Origin: Methanotrichaceae archaeon
GTDB taxonomy: Archaea > Halobacteriota > Methanosarcinia > Methanotrichales > Methanotrichaceae
Assembly: GCA_963754945.1 (NCBI GenBank)
Contig: CAVWIG010000019.1
Coordinates: 21,661-85,660 of the forward strand
Reading direction: 5' to 3'
Length of the DNA stretch: 64,000 nt
Below the pieces are notes generated by a model. That model was not told where the DNA came from. It saw only the letters and a list, made by a program, of their open reading frames with translations, and did no database searches. The position numbers were made by a program, and so were the translations under genes. The stretch's first letter is position 1. Each line of letters opens with the position of its first letter. Below are positions 31,723-43,629 of this stretch, piece by piece.

Positions 31723-33339
31723 TCAACTCCCCAGCAGCTCCTTCTCTTCCTCTTCTGTTATCTTGGCCATGACCTCTTCAGGTAGCCCAGTAAAGATAGC
31801 CTTGCCGTTGCGCATGAGCAAGGCTCGGTCACATACGTTCTTAACGAAGTCCATGTCATGGCTGACGATGACGAAGGTCTCGCCCAGCTCGGATCTGGCG
31901 TTAAGGATGGATTTTGTGACTTCGATCTTGGTTATCGCGTCCATGGTGCCGGTGGGCTCGTCCAGGATCACAATGCTAGGCTCCTTGATTAGGACCTGAG
32001 CCATGGCTATTCTGTGGCGCTCTCCCTCGGAAAGCTCATCGGGCATCTTGTTTAACACCGCCTCAGCTTGGTCGTCGGTGAAGCCGACCGTTGTCAGAGT
32101 GTGAATGGCCTTTCTCTCTGCCAGCTCGAAAGGAAGTGCAAGGCCTATGGACTCGGTGAGGTTGTCGATTACGGTTCTTGACGGGTAGAGGGTGTACTCC
32201 TGGTGAAGGATCCCTATGTACTTGGTTGCCCTTCCTCGGCCGTTCGATCCCAGGATGTTCATGTCCACCCACTCATCACCGACTCTTACCTGGGCGTTTC
32301 CGGATGTGGAGGTGATGATGCCGCTTACTATCTTGGACAGAGTGGTCTTTCCGCCGCCGCTGACTCCCACCAGCCCGAAGATCTCTCCTTCTTTCACATC
32401 AAAGCTGACACCGTCAACGGCTTTGACAACGCCCCGGTCTATGCTGATGTATCGCTTGGAAAGGTCGTTTACTCTGATGATCGGTTCGCCTACCTCCACT
32501 GCTTCCCGTTTACCAAGTTCACCTGCCATTGAGAGGAACTGTGCGGCCACGTCCTTGGGATCTCCAAGGCACTTAATCTCGCCGTTGTCTAAGAGCACCG
32601 CCCTGTCGGTGAGGTCGACCATCACGTCTTCCCAGTGGCTCGTGATGATCAGGGTCATCTTGAAGTCCTTGACGGCCCTCCTTATGGACTCGTGAACGAC
32701 CTCTGCAGTAGAGGGGTCGAGGGTTCCAGTAGGTTCGTCCGCTAAAAGCAGCATGGGCGACTTCGCCAATTGCCGCGCCAGCACAACTCGCTGCTTCTCT
32801 CCGCCCGAGAGTTCACGGGCGACGTGCATCATCCGATGGGATAGATTTACTTCGTCCAGGAGGTCTGCCGCTCGATAAATGGTTATTGCCTCTCCTGAAT
32901 CTTCCACAGCTCTCATGACGTTTACTATAACCCTCTCATCGCCGTAGAGGGCAAAGGTCCTCTGAAGCATGATTGCGACTCTTCTAACAATGTCCCTCCT
33001 CAGAGGATCGTTGACGTCCAAAGCGACGAAGTCCGCGTCCTTGTGCTCTAAAATTCCGCCGCACCTGCATTTCTGCCCGACGTGGCTAGGCGGTTCCACG
33101 TGCCGACAGGATTTGCACCTGGCGACGTGGTATATAACGCTGCCAGTGATGTCCGGGAATGTCTCCACCCCACGGAGTACATGCATTAAAACGCTTTTTC
33201 CTGAGCCGCTTCTGCCCAAGAAACCGACCGATTCTCCCTCCTCTATTACAAGGTTGATTTTGCGCAGGGCTTCAACCTCACCAAAACGAACTGTCAGATC
33301 CCGGATCTCTATGAAAGGTGCCAAACTATCATGCCCCAT
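31723..33339 (-). CDS. atwA: Methyl-coenzyme M reductase system component A2
   Basis: Two ABC domains with a Cys-rich insert; AIMLQRTFALYG and HRMMHVARELSGGEKQR motifs. Confidence 0.95.
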   Translation of the reverse strand: MGHDSLAPFIEIRDLTVRFGEVEALRKINLVIEEGESVGFLGRSGSGKSVLMHVLRGVETFPDITGSVIYHVARCKSCRHVEPPSHVGQKCRCGGILEHKDADFVALDVNDPLRRDIVRRVAIMLQRTFALYGDERVIVNVMRAVEDSGEAITIYRAADLLDEVNLSHRMMHVARELSGGEKQRVVLARQLAKSPMLLLADEPTGTLDPSTAEVVHESIRRAVKDFKMTLIITSHWEDVMVDLTDRAVLLDNGEIKCLGDPKDVAAQFLSMAGELGKREAVEVGEPIIRVNDLSKRYISIDRGVVKAVDGVSFDVKEGEIFGLVGVSGGGKTTLSKIVSGIITSTSGNAQVRVGDEWVDMNILGSNGRGRATKYIGILHQEYTLYPSRTVIDNLTESIGLALPFELAERKAIHTLTTVGFTDDQAEAVLNKMPDELSEGERHRIAMAQVLIKEPSIVILDEPTGTMDAITKIEVTKSILNARSELGETFVIVSHDMDFVKNVCDRALLMRNGKAIFTGLPEEVMAKITEEEEKELLGS

Positions 33340-33692
33340 TAGATTGAGTGTAATGCAGTTTCTCTGCGTAATTCAGTTGGAATAATGATACTTAAGTTTA
33401 TCCAAGGTTGTAACCGAACGACCGATAACGATCGTTACAGCTTCCTGATCAAAGTATCTTTAAAGTCGACATCAATTTCGTATTTTATGGTTGAATTAGC
33501 TGAAACTATGGGCGTTAACTTCGATCATTTGCAATTATTAATGATGAAATTGAGCCTCTTAGATTGAGGCTCCTAGATGCTGTGCCTACTCTAGATCTAG
33601 TATACTCTAAGATTTCGAATCTGCTCTGAGATTTCGGCTGTCCAAGATTAGGTTCTCGGACAATTTTCACTGGGCGAGGCAGTTACAAACAA

Positions 33693-34994
33693 TCATCTAG
33701 CACCGCTAGCTTCTGGCTTGATGATCATCTTATCAATCCTGTTCTCGTCCATGTCCACCACCTCAAAGCTAAGGTCATCCCATTCAAACTTGTCCCCCGT
33801 AGATGGGATTCGCCCCAAATGCATCATCACAAACCCCCCTATGGTCTGGTAGTAGCCGCTATCCTCTCCGGGTAACCTCTTTACTTGGAAGATCTCTTTG
33901 AACTCGCCCGTAGAGAGCATGCCGTCTACCAGCCAGGAACCGTCATCACGCTTCACTACATGCGGTTCGGTTGGCTTTCCTACGTAGGGTATGTCTCCGA
34001 CAATGGCCTCCAGGATGTCTTTTAGAGTCACCAGGCCCTGAATTCCACCATACTCATCCACGACCAGAGCCACGTGCACCCCGGATTGCTTGAACAGCTC
34101 AAGGATCTTCAGGGCAGCCATGCTCTCTGGTATGAACTGAGGGGGCATCAGGGACGACTTCAGGTCTACCTGCTGATCCTTTAGGCTGCAGGATAGCATG
34201 TCTCTGGACCGAACGACGCCCAGTACATCGTCGAGGCTGCCTCTCCCAACGGGGAAAAGCGGGTAATCGCTCGCGTCTACCTTGCGCCTGATCTCTTCGG
34301 GAGAGTCGTCGATATCCAACCAGATAACATCAGCTCGGGGTATCATGACCGAAGCTGCTCTCTGGTCACTCAGACGGAAGACCCTCTCCACTATATCCTG
34401 TTCGACCTCCTCAAATACTCCCGCCCTGGTTCCTTCGTCGATGAGGATCTTGATCTCTTCTTCGGTAACCGGAGGCTCTTCCACAGGTTTTACGCCCGCG
34501 ACCTTCAAAATAAGATCCGTAGAAATGCTGAGAATACGAACCACAGGCGAGAGGAGCGAGGATATCGTGTTCATGGGTGATGCTATGATTGAAGCAACCT
34601 TCTCAGGCCTGCTCATGCCCAGCCTTTTGGGAACCAGCTCCCCAACTACTAAGGAGAAATAAGAAATAGCCATCACCACTAAGATGATGCTTGCGATGTG
34701 GCTGTAAGGAGCCAACTGTGGAATTTCCCTCAGCCTGGCTTCCACTTCACCGGCGACAGTGGCACCACCGAAAGCGCCTGTAAGGATGCTGACGAAGGTT
34801 ATGCCGATCTGAGAAGTTGATAAGAACCGGTTTGGAGAGCTCGCAAGCTCCAGAGCCTTGCGGGCTCCTTCATCTCCCTCGCTGGCCTGCTGCTGCAGGC
34901 GGGCTTTTCGTGAGGAGACCAGAGCAATCTCGGACATGACGAAGATTCCGTTAATGATTATCAGCAGGAGGATTATTGCTATCTCAGTGATCAT
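33693..34994 (-). CDS. CNNM/TlyC (DUF21-CBS-CorC) membrane protein
   Basis: FVMSEIALVSSR, GELVPK, VVDEYGG and C-terminal CorC domain. Confidence 0.93.
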   Translation of the reverse strand: MITEIAIILLLIIINGIFVMSEIALVSSRKARLQQQASEGDEGARKALELASSPNRFLSTSQIGITFVSILTGAFGGATVAGEVEARLREIPQLAPYSHIASIILVVMAISYFSLVVGELVPKRLGMSRPEKVASIIASPMNTISSLLSPVVRILSISTDLILKVAGVKPVEEPPVTEEEIKILIDEGTRAGVFEEVEQDIVERVFRLSDQRAASVMIPRADVIWLDIDDSPEEIRRKVDASDYPLFPVGRGSLDDVLGVVRSRDMLSCSLKDQQVDLKSSLMPPQFIPESMAALKILELFKQSGVHVALVVDEYGGIQGLVTLKDILEAIVGDIPYVGKPTEPHVVKRDDGSWLVDGMLSTGEFKEIFQVKRLPGEDSGYYQTIGGFVMMHLGRIPSTGDKFEWDDLSFEVVDMDENRIDKMIIKPEASGAR

Positions 34995-35376
34995 TAACTA
35001 TCATCCTGGAGACTGAAACTCGATATATGAATCCCGTACTTGCAAGCTAGGGCGTCTCTTCTCGTTGGAACCGGAACCGCTGACACTTGGGAACACGGTT
35101 GCGTTATTCTCCATCTATGCAGGGTCTCCTGATTATCTAAGGTTCAAGATATTATATATAAGTTGGTAATGTGACGGCTAAACGAGGATTATTAGATTGA
35201 AAACCAATTGAATGATTCTGCGTTCGATTCTAGAAAATTCTTGGTTATCAAAATCTGGTCACCTTAATGTTATCATCCAAAGATTCACCGGATGATTTTC
35301 TTCGAGCTAGATGTGGGGAAGCTCTGCGGCTTGGCAGAGAAGTGGTGAGCTGCCTGTTGGATTCTGATGCAACAGC

Positions 35377-36447
35377 TCAGGCGACCTCATTGTTCTCTTC
35401 TGTTGTTTGCTTTGTGCGCTCTTCCTGGTTGACCTGATAGATGGCCACAAGCATACCAACTAACGCCGGCGCAAGGAAGAACCCGGCTATTCCTGCCACC
35501 AGGCCGCCTCCCATGAAGGAGATCATGACCAGTAGCGGATGCAGCGAGGATTTTGTGTACACGAAGTAAGGCCTTATGACCAGCTCTGCTATGTGGACCA
35601 GGACCGAGCCAACCGCGAAGAAGACCAGGGCATCGAAGGGCCCAAGGGTGAAGTACCTGTAGATCGACGCAGGGATGAAGACCAGCCAGGTCATGAAGGG
35701 AATGAGTCCTGCAAGAAAAACCATGCTGGCCAGGGCGTATGGGCGCGGAACACCGAACATGACGAATATGATTATCGACACAAGCCCGCCGGTGATGGCT
35801 GTGTAGACGCTGCCGAGGATTATACCGCTGAGCATTCTATCAATCTTCGTCAGATACTTCTCGTTCATCTCTGCCTTCTCCGAGGGTAAGATAGACATTA
35901 GGAAACCCCCAAGCTTATGGCCATCTGCCAACAGGAAGTAGCAGACGGGTAGCGATAGTATGAAGTTGAGCACGCCCAGAGAGAACGCTTTGCCCAGTCC
36001 AAAGACCGGTATGCTACCGGCTATGGAGGCAGCTATTGAAACGACGTTCTTGATGCTCACGTTGAGCTCTTCCATCACGACCTGGGGAATGTGGAGATCT
36101 ACGATTAGAAATGATGCTGCCTTGAGGATCTCTACTTGGTGTTCAGCCATCCAGATGAACTGATTTACAACCTCGATGGCTCCGATTCCAACGATCATGG
36201 ATATGGGAATGGCTATGCAAAATGTTGCAACCGCAGATCCGAGCAGTCGCCTTTTCCCGAAAAGGTTTCTGACCGGCAGGCCCACATATGCAAAGACCAC
36301 TCCAAGGATCATGCCATCCAGCAGTGGGAACACCAGGTAGGATATAAGTATAAGGGCAGCTACCACGACCAGCAACAGTAGCCGGTTCTCGCTCAGGTAC
36401 GATCGATAATCGGAACTCATAAAGTTGATACTCCTCTCCATCCCCAA
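35377..36447 (-). CDS. AI-2E family transporter
   Basis: Multiple TM helices; IRPY...LHPLLVMISFMGG...GFFLAP. Confidence 0.88.
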   Translation of the reverse strand: MGMERSINFMSSDYRSYLSENRLLLLVVVAALILISYLVFPLLDGMILGVVFAYVGLPVRNLFGKRRLLGSAVATFCIAIPISMIVGIGAIEVVNQFIWMAEHQVEILKAASFLIVDLHIPQVVMEELNVSIKNVVSIAASIAGSIPVFGLGKAFSLGVLNFILSLPVCYFLLADGHKLGGFLMSILPSEKAEMNEKYLTKIDRMLSGIILGSVYTAITGGLVSIIIFVMFGVPRPYALASMVFLAGLIPFMTWLVFIPASIYRYFTLGPFDALVFFAVGSVLVHIAELVIRPYFVYTKSSLHPLLVMISFMGGGLVAGIAGFFLAPALVGMLVAIYQVNQEERTKQTTEENNEVA

Positions 36448-36645
36448 GATAAATAACCATTGTCTTCGTCAGGCTTCTGAGACGATTGTGCAGTCTACAA
36501 AAAAACTTTGAGCAAACAGTTGGCAAGAACTCTTGACTGGACCATGGCGATTTACTTCATCCACTGGATGCTGATCTCCTAGGATTTATCGAGGCTATCC
36601 TGGGGAGCAAACTTTTTGCTGATTAAGGAGCAATGTCCTCTTGTT

Positions 36646-36927
36646 ATGCGAACAAGCCACGCCATTCTGCTGAGGCTGTACCACGATCCTCAGTACGACT
36701 TCGGCAAGGTCAGCGTCGACTATATCAACCGAGGAGCGCCTGGAGACAGGTCCACTGTCAGTGGTGAGCGAATCCTCAGATTAGAGGCAGGAGGGATGGT
36801 GATCGAATCAGCCGCTGGAGAAACCTACATCCCTTACCACAGGATTCTGCTGATCCTCTATGAAGGGCATCCTTTATGGGAGAAGGGCATTAAAAAGGAC
36901 AAAGAGAGTCAGCCGTCTGTGAACTAA
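36646..36927 (+). CDS. DUF504/MJ1316-like RNA-repair-associated protein
   Basis: YINRGAPGD and IPYHRI motifs. Confidence 0.85.
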   Translation: MRTSHAILLRLYHDPQYDFGKVSVDYINRGAPGDRSTVSGERILRLEAGGMVIESAAGETYIPYHRILLILYEGHPLWEKGIKKDKESQPSVN

Positions 36928-36989
36928 AAATAGATTTAATCGATCCCTGGATTTCGATAGGGCCGTGGAGCCAGAGAATAAATACTAAG

Positions 36990-37196
36990 ATGGCAGTTGT
37001 GGAGGAGAAGAAGGCGAACTCGATGTTAAAGAAAAGCGATGCGATGTTACAGCATGAGAAATGGATAGAAGAGACTATGAAGCACAGGCCCAAGCACTCC
37101 AGAGAAGGGTTGCCCATCCAACCGATTCACGGCCTCTTCTTCCTGTGCGCTGTCTTGGTGATCCTGGTGATCATAGGTTCGCTGCTACACCATTAG
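36990..37196 (+). CDS. Small hypothetical membrane protein
   Basis: 68 aa with a C-terminal TM helix. Confidence 0.6.
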   Translation: MAVVEEKKANSMLKKSDAMLQHEKWIEETMKHRPKHSREGLPIQPIHGLFFLCAVLVILVIIGSLLHH

Positions 37197-37259
37197 CTGT
37201 CTTAGAGTGAGCTATGCAGATTTGGCTTGTTCGACTGCCAAACTGCCCAAATAAATAAT

Positions 37260-38351
37260 TCATAATCTTTTGTCATTGGCTTGGATTGCCAATGATACCA
37301 GCTCAACCAGATCTATGACCTTCCCATCTCCGCCAGCATCGTTCAGGTTTCTGATGCATAGCGGACAGGACGTGACGATGTAATCAACGCCCGTCGGAAC
37401 GTCCAAAAGCCTCTTTCTTGCCATTCCGAGGGACAGATCTCTGTATCCCGATCGGACGCCTCCTCCTCCGCCGCAGCACCTGGAATGGTTGCGGTTGGCC
37501 TTCATCTCCTTGAGGTCACAGATCGCCTCTATGACCTTGCGAGGCTCATCGTAGATCTTGTGCCTCCTTCCCAGGTGGCAGGGATCATGGTAGGTGACAG
37601 TCAGTTCCAGAGGTTTGAGGTTCAGCTCTGATATGTGCTCTGCCAGGAACTCAGGCACGCTCAATACCTCGAACTCATCGGGATAGCTGTTCTTCAGCGT
37701 GGTGTAACAGCCTGCACAGCCAGTGACGAGAGTTTTAGCCCCCATCTCCTTTATCTGCCACAGGTTGGAGTTAATGAGCTCTCCTGCATCAAAACCAGTT
37801 CGTAGGAGTGGAGATCCGCAGCATTTTTCATCAGGGAGCAAGGCTGCTCCAAAGCGCCTCAGGATGTCGAAGGTTTTGGCGGCGATCTCCGGATACCTGT
37901 AGGAAGCCAGACAGCCCACGAAGTACACCAGATCCGCCTTATGCGGCAATCCTCTTTGGTCCCTAAGCCAGCCAATCCTCGGTGTGGAATCTCCAAGGAC
38001 ATTGCCGCTGGAGTTCGTTTTCTTGCCGAGGCTTGACTGCTCCTCTGTCATTGTGCCTGATGATACCAGGACCCTTCGTGCGCCTTCGATAGACTTGGGA
38101 GGATCTACTCCTGAAGGACAGTTCTCTGTGCAGATTCCGCAGGTGGTGCAAGTATTAAGGCTGTTGAGGTCGTCGGTTTCAGCCTTGCTGCCCTCGGCTA
38201 ATCTCTTCATGACCAGCATGCGGCCTCGGGCGCTGCTCGATTCCCATCCAAGCTCCTCGAAGACAGGGCAGACTGACCTGCAGGCCCCACAGCGAACACA
38301 TCTGTGGATAGACTGCAGATCGAAGTTCGCATCCAAGTTTTTCAAGATCAA
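37260..38351 (-). CDS. Fe-S oxidoreductase (GlcF/HdrD-like, CCG domains)
   Basis: Two CxxCxxCxxxCP motifs, CCG, YHDPCHL and CCGGGGG. Confidence 0.92.
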   Translation of the reverse strand: MILKNLDANFDLQSIHRCVRCGACRSVCPVFEELGWESSSARGRMLVMKRLAEGSKAETDDLNSLNTCTTCGICTENCPSGVDPPKSIEGARRVLVSSGTMTEEQSSLGKKTNSSGNVLGDSTPRIGWLRDQRGLPHKADLVYFVGCLASYRYPEIAAKTFDILRRFGAALLPDEKCCGSPLLRTGFDAGELINSNLWQIKEMGAKTLVTGCAGCYTTLKNSYPDEFEVLSVPEFLAEHISELNLKPLELTVTYHDPCHLGRRHKIYDEPRKVIEAICDLKEMKANRNHSRCCGGGGGVRSGYRDLSLGMARKRLLDVPTGVDYIVTSCPLCIRNLNDAGGDGKVIDLVELVSLAIQANDKRL

Positions 38352-38355
38352 GATA

Positions 38356-39732
38356 TCACAGGCCCAATTTTCCCGGATTCAGGATACCCTTTGGGTCCAG
38401 GGCTGCCTTGATCGCCCTCATGACATCCACGGCGGGTCCGCACTGGTCGTCCATGTACTGGGCTTTAGCTCTCCCGATTCCGTGCTCACAGCTCACCGTT
38501 CCGCCTAAATCAATCGCAGCCCGGTGAATTTCGTCTGCAGCGTGCATCAGTCGTTCCCACTGAGACTTGTCCATCACATCGATGAAAAGAGCCACGTGCA
38601 GGTTGCCGTCCCCGATATGGCCGTACTTCATTGCAGGAACATCGAACTCTTCGGATATCTCCTGGACCCGTTGAATTAAATTCGGTATCATTTTCAGGGG
38701 TACACCGGCATCCTCCCCGACATAAACGCGACTTTTAGCTGGATCCAACCTCGATACTGCAGCTCCAACTAGCCTGCGCGCAGCCCAGATTTCATCCATC
38801 TCGCTTTTGTTCGAGGCAATCCTGATGCTGGATGCAACCGGAGCACAAACGTCCACAATCCGTTGTGCTGATTCCTCAACAGAACTCATTGTTCCATCGA
38901 TCTCGAAGAGAACGACATCTCCGTCCGGAATAAGCAGGTTTGGGCCACAGCGCTTCAACACCTGAATTGTGGTTCTGTCAAGGATCTCGCAGGCAGAGGG
39001 GATGATGCCGCTGGAGAACGTCTTTATCACTGCCTTTCCGGCTGTCTCTGCTGTTTCAAAAGAGGCTATTACCAGCCTTCTGGATTCCGGAAGGGGGATT
39101 ATCTTCAGCCCGATCTTGGTTATCACCCCAAGGGTCCCTTCTGCTCCTATCATGAGCCGGGTTAAGTCATATCCTGCCGACGATTTTAGCATCTTGGAGC
39201 CTGTATTGATAACGCGGCCGTCAGCCAGAACAACTTCCAGGTCGAGCACATAATTGCGGCATGTCCCGTATTTGACACAACGCATGCCACTTCCGTTATT
39301 CGAGATCAGACCGCCGATGGTACACATGGCAGAGCTGCCCGGATCAGGAGGAAAGAAGAATCCTTGAGGCTTCAGAGCCTCATTGAGCCTGTCCAGAACG
39401 ACTCCAGGCTCAACGACTACCTGGAGGTTGTCGACATCGATTTCAATTACCCGGTTCATGCCCGACATGTCCAGGACGATGCCTCCCTTGACCGGCACGG
39501 CCCCTCCGACTAGTCCAGTTCCAGCACCTCTGGCAGTCACAGGGACTTCGAATTCGCTTGCCAGGCAGAGTATTTGAGAGATCTCTGTTGTGCTATTCGG
39601 TCGAACTACATAATCAGGCATTCCTCCTACCATTGATGCATCGGAGGAATAACAGTACAGCTCAGTCGGAGAGGCAGTAACCCTATCGCCAACGATTTTT
39701 TGAAGATCTTCGAGTACGACCATTGGGGACAT
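38356..39732 (-). CDS. FAD-linked oxidase/dehydrogenase (GlcD/D-lactate dehydrogenase family)
   Basis: RGAGTGL, FPPDPGS, GAEGTLG, GHIGDGNLH and EHGIG motifs. Confidence 0.93.
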   Translation of the reverse strand: MSPMVVLEDLQKIVGDRVTASPTELYCYSSDASMVGGMPDYVVRPNSTTEISQILCLASEFEVPVTARGAGTGLVGGAVPVKGGIVLDMSGMNRVIEIDVDNLQVVVEPGVVLDRLNEALKPQGFFFPPDPGSSAMCTIGGLISNNGSGMRCVKYGTCRNYVLDLEVVLADGRVINTGSKMLKSSAGYDLTRLMIGAEGTLGVITKIGLKIIPLPESRRLVIASFETAETAGKAVIKTFSSGIIPSACEILDRTTIQVLKRCGPNLLIPDGDVVLFEIDGTMSSVEESAQRIVDVCAPVASSIRIASNKSEMDEIWAARRLVGAAVSRLDPAKSRVYVGEDAGVPLKMIPNLIQRVQEISEEFDVPAMKYGHIGDGNLHVALFIDVMDKSQWERLMHAADEIHRAAIDLGGTVSCEHGIGRAKAQYMDDQCGPAVDVMRAIKAALDPKGILNPGKLGL

Positions 39733-39974
39733 CTATCTACATTAATAATTATTTTATTCAGTTCATAGATATGGCAATTCTTTTCAAGACGGGATAATCA
39801 TAACGACGGTTTAACCTTTGTGGTGGATTTGTGGTAAATGTGACGGTAATGCGAACGCGCATATTGGGATTTGAGTTCGCTCGGACAACTCAGAGAGGTT
39901 ACGCTTTCAGAATGTCATAAAGGCTAAATAGGGCGTTGGCAAATGAAGCAAATCGTTTTTCGGAGGAACTGTAA

Positions 39975-42900
39975 GTGATCACAGAGGTGGCAGGACAGTA
40001 TAATGCTCAAGACATCGAGGGCCAGGTCAGAGATCTGTGGGAAAAGTCGAAGATCTACTCCAAGACTAGGTCTAAGAGATCCGGGGGCAAGAAGTTCTTC
40101 TTCGTTGACGGTCCACCCTATACCACCGGCCGGATTCACCTGGGGACCGCCTGGAACAAGGTGATCAAAGACTCAGTTCTCCGCTACAGGTCCATGAACG
40201 GATACAGCGTAAAGGACCGGGCTGGCTGGGACATGCACGGCCTTCCCATCGAGGTCAAAGTTGAGGAGTCCTTCGGCTTCAAAAGTAAGAAGGACATAGA
40301 GGCCTACGGTGTAGACAAGTTCATACAGCGGTGCAAGGAGTTCGCCCTGCGGCAGAAGGATGATATGACGGTCCAGTTCAAGTCCCTTGGGGCTTGGCTG
40401 GATTGGGACGACCCCTATATGACCCTCAAGAACGAGTACTTAGAGGCAGCATGGTGGACGTTAAAGAAGGCGAACGAACACGGCCTTCTGGAGAGAGGGC
40501 TTCGAGTGGTCAACTGGTGCCCAAGGTGCGAGACTGCCATTGCCGATTCCGAAGTTGAGTACTGGGACGAGACCGACTACTCCATCTATGTCAAGTTCCC
40601 GGTGGAGGGCGAGGCCAACACCTACATCGTCATATGGACAACAACTCCCTGGACCATACCCGCAAATGTGGCAGTGGCTGTTCACCCTACATTTGAGTAC
40701 TCCAAGGTCCGAGCCACCAAGGACGGCCAGGCTGATGTTTTGATCATGGCCTCTGATCTTGTCAAGTCAGTACTGAAAGAAGGACGCTACCAGGACTTTG
40801 AGGTCGTCGAAAAACTGACTGCCGAGGACATCACAAAACTGAAGTACCGCCATCCTCTGATCGACCTCGTTCCCAGACAGGCTCACATCGTTCATGGGGT
40901 CCACACAGCGGACTTTGTCACCGCCGAGAACACAGGATGCGTTCATATCGCTCCAGGGCACGGCATGGAGGACTTCGAGCTGGGAATGGACAACCATCTC
41001 GACATCTTCTGCCCAGTTGGGGAAAACGGGCGCTACACCGAGGAGGCGGGGCTGAAATACGACGGGAAGTACGTTAAGGAGGCCGACGGCGAGGTTATCC
41101 TTGACCTGGCAGAAAGAGGCCTCCTGCTGGCCCAGGGCAGGCTTGCTCACAGGTACGGCCACTGCTGGCGCTGCAAAACGCCTATCATATTCATCGCTAC
41201 CAGACAGTGGTTCCTGAGAATATCCGACCTCCGGGATAAAATGCTGGACGAGGTAAGCAAGATTACCTGGTACCCGGAGTGGGCAGGATCTGCAAGGTTC
41301 AGCGACTGGATTTCTAATGCGCGGGATTGGTGCATATCCAGGCAAAGGTACTGGGGAATTCCTCTGCCCATCTGGACCTGCCCTTCATGCGGCAAGATGG
41401 AGGTCATCGGAACTGCGGCAGAGCTGGAGGAGAGGAGCGGCCAGAAGGTTCCAGAACTGCACCGGCCGGATGTGGACAAAGTGTTCATCGACTGCCCGTG
41501 TGGAGGCAAGATGAAGCGATCTCCGGACGTCTTCGACGTCTGGTTCGACAGCGCAGTGGCTTCCTGGGCAACTCTGCACTTTCCGCGACAGCAGAAGGAG
41601 TTCGATTTGTGGTGGCCTGCCGACTTCATTACAGAGGGCCACGATCAAACAAGAGGCTGGTTCTACTCTCAGCTTGGGGCCGCAATGGTCTCCTTCGGAA
41701 AAGCGCCTTACAAGAGCGTCCTGATGCACGGGTTCACCCTGGACGAGCAGGGTAGAAAGATGTCCAAGAGCATCGGCAACATAGTCCAACCCGAAGAGGT
41801 TGTGAATAAGTACGGTGCCGACACTCTAAGGATGTACGTCCTGGGGGCCAATGCCCCCTGGGAGGACCTGCACTTCTCCTGGGACGCTGTGGAGAACACC
41901 AGCAGGATGCTCAACATCTTCTGGAACGCCTACAGGTTCTGCCTGCCTTACATGATCCTCGACAAGTTCGACGCTTCCAAGGCGGACCTGTCCCGAGCCC
42001 GCCTCCGTCCGGAGGACCGCTGGATTCTTTCCAGAGTAAACAGCCTGGCCGAGGAGATAGCCCAGGACATGGAGCAGTACCTGCTTCACAGGATCGCCCG
42101 GGCTATATCGGATTTCATCCTTGAGGATCTATCCCGGTGGTACATTCAGCTTGTCCGGCCTCGAACCTGGATTGAGCAAGACGACCCAGACAAGCTGGCG
42201 GCCTACGCTACCATCTATGAGGTTCTGGTTACTCTATGCAAGCTGCTAGCACCCTTCACTCCTTTCCTGGCAGAGTCGGTCTATCAGAACATTGTAAGAG
42301 GGCTGGACCCTGATGCTCCCGAATCTGTGCACATGTGCGATTGGCCACTCGCAAAGAAGGAGCTGATCGATAAAAGACTGGAGGAGAGAATGACTCTGGT
42401 CAGAGAGGTCTCTGAGGCGACCTTGAACGCTCGTCAGAAAGCTGGACGGAAGCTGCGTTGGCCGGTCTCGGAGATAGTGATAGCCCCCACGAAGGATGCG
42501 ATCGATCTCGACATCCTTGAGAGCGTGCTGAAGGGCCAGACAAACTCCAAGAAAATAACTGTCCTATCCCCGGGAGAGAAGCCAAAGATGAACCTTGAGA
42601 TGTCGCCCGTTCACAAGAAGATTGGGCCTGTGTTCAAGGGTGATGCTAAAGCGGTGGTAGAGGCACTCAAGGCTGCAGATCCTTTCCAGGTTAAGAGCGG
42701 GTTAGAAGCAGGAGAGGCAGTGCTCTCTTATGAGGGCAAGTCGTACCCCATAACCAGAGAGATGGTAGAGTTCAAAGAAATTCCCCCAGAGAACCTCTCA
42801 GCTGCCGATTTCTCAAAAGGGTTCGTCTATGTGGATGTCACCCTCACGGATGAACTGCAAGCAGAGGGTTACGCTCGAGAGATCATCAGAAGGATTCAGG

Positions 42901-43127
42901 ACATGAGAAAGGAGATGGACCTCCGTGTGGAGGACCAGATCAGAGCTGTTGTCAACGTGGACAGCTTGAAAATCTTGGACCTTGTCCTTGGGCAGAAAGG
43001 CTATATAGCCAACGAGGTAAGGGCAACGGAACTAGAGATGGGCCAGAACCTGGACATGTTGGGGGAGCTTGTCAAGGACTGGGAAGTTGAGACGCTGAAG
43101 TTGAGGGTAGGTATAGGCAGGATTTAA
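39975..43127 (+). CDS. ileS: Isoleucine--tRNA ligase
   Basis: [30 protein letters not shown] and KMSKS motifs. Confidence 0.98.
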   Translation: MITEVAGQYNAQDIEGQVRDLWEKSKIYSKTRSKRSGGKKFFFVDGPPYTTGRIHLGTAWNKVIKDSVLRYRSMNGYSVKDRAGWDMHGLPIEVKVEESFGFKSKKDIEAYGVDKFIQRCKEFALRQKDDMTVQFKSLGAWLDWDDPYMTLKNEYLEAAWWTLKKANEHGLLERGLRVVNWCPRCETAIADSEVEYWDETDYSIYVKFPVEGEANTYIVIWTTTPWTIPANVAVAVHPTFEYSKVRATKDGQADVLIMASDLVKSVLKEGRYQDFEVVEKLTAEDITKLKYRHPLIDLVPRQAHIVHGVHTADFVTAENTGCVHIAPGHGMEDFELGMDNHLDIFCPVGENGRYTEEAGLKYDGKYVKEADGEVILDLAERGLLLAQGRLAHRYGHCWRCKTPIIFIATRQWFLRISDLRDKMLDEVSKITWYPEWAGSARFSDWISNARDWCISRQRYWGIPLPIWTCPSCGKMEVIGTAAELEERSGQKVPELHRPDVDKVFIDCPCGGKMKRSPDVFDVWFDSAVASWATLHFPRQQKEFDLWWPADFITEGHDQTRGWFYSQLGAAMVSFGKAPYKSVLMHGFTLDEQGRKMSKSIGNIVQPEEVVNKYGADTLRMYVLGANAPWEDLHFSWDAVENTSRMLNIFWNAYRFCLPYMILDKFDASKADLSRARLRPEDRWILSRVNSLAEEIAQDMEQYLLHRIARAISDFILEDLSRWYIQLVRPRTWIEQDDPDKLAAYATIYEVLVTLCKLLAPFTPFLAESVYQNIVRGLDPDAPESVHMCDWPLAKKELIDKRLEERMTLVREVSEATLNARQKAGRKLRWPVSEIVIAPTKDAIDLDILESVLKGQTNSKKITVLSPGEKPKMNLEMSPVHKKIGPVFKGDAKAVVEALKAADPFQVKSGLEAGEAVLSYEGKSYPITREMVEFKEIPPENLSAADFSKGFVYVDVTLTDELQAEGYAREIIRRIQDMRKEMDLRVEDQIRAVVNVDSLKILDLVLGQKGYIANEVRATELEMGQNLDMLGELVKDWEVETLKLRVGIGRI

Positions 43128-43146
43128 ATCTTCGGAGTTTTATAAG

Positions 43147-43629
43147 ATGAGTGAGCAACCTGAGGTCATTGAGACAGCCGTTCCCGTTAAAGTCAAGGTC
43201 AAGGGTGTCTACATAGCCGATTCCCAGGGGACCTCGCCAGCACCGGTGGTGCTCCTAGAGGATGAGAAGTCAAGGATTGTTCCCATCTTTGTGGGACTGT
43301 CCGAGGCCATCTCCATTTACCACGCCCTGTCGGGAGAGCTTTCGCCTCGGCCCATGACTCACGATCTGTTCATTTCTGTCCTGGAGAGCCTGAAAGCCAG
43401 CATAGACAAGGTACTCATTGACGATCTGGACGGCGGTATTTATTATGCCAGGCTCTCGATAAAGAAGGATTCGGAGGAGAGCGATATCGACGCCCGGCCC
43501 AGCGATTGCCTGGCCCTGGCCCTCAGGGCCAAAGCGCCCATAGAGGTTCAGGAGAAGGTTGTCTGTCAGTCGAACATTAGTAAGGCAGATATCGAGAAGC
43601 TGATCGGTTTGGAGAATTTTTTGCAGTAA
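43147..43629 (+). CDS. Bifunctional nuclease (DUF151) protein
   Basis: RPMTHDL and DARPSD motifs. Confidence 0.92.
   Translation: MSEQPEVIETAVPVKVKVKGVYIADSQGTSPAPVVLLEDEKSRIVPIFVGLSEAISIYHALSGELSPRPMTHDLFISVLESLKASIDKVLIDDLDGGIYYARLSIKKDSEESDIDARPSDCLALALRAKAPIEVQEKVVCQSNISKADIEKLIGLENFLQ

Noticed and set aside
39780-39975. T-box leader upstream of ileS
   Set aside because: No T-box consensus seen; T-boxes are bacterial.
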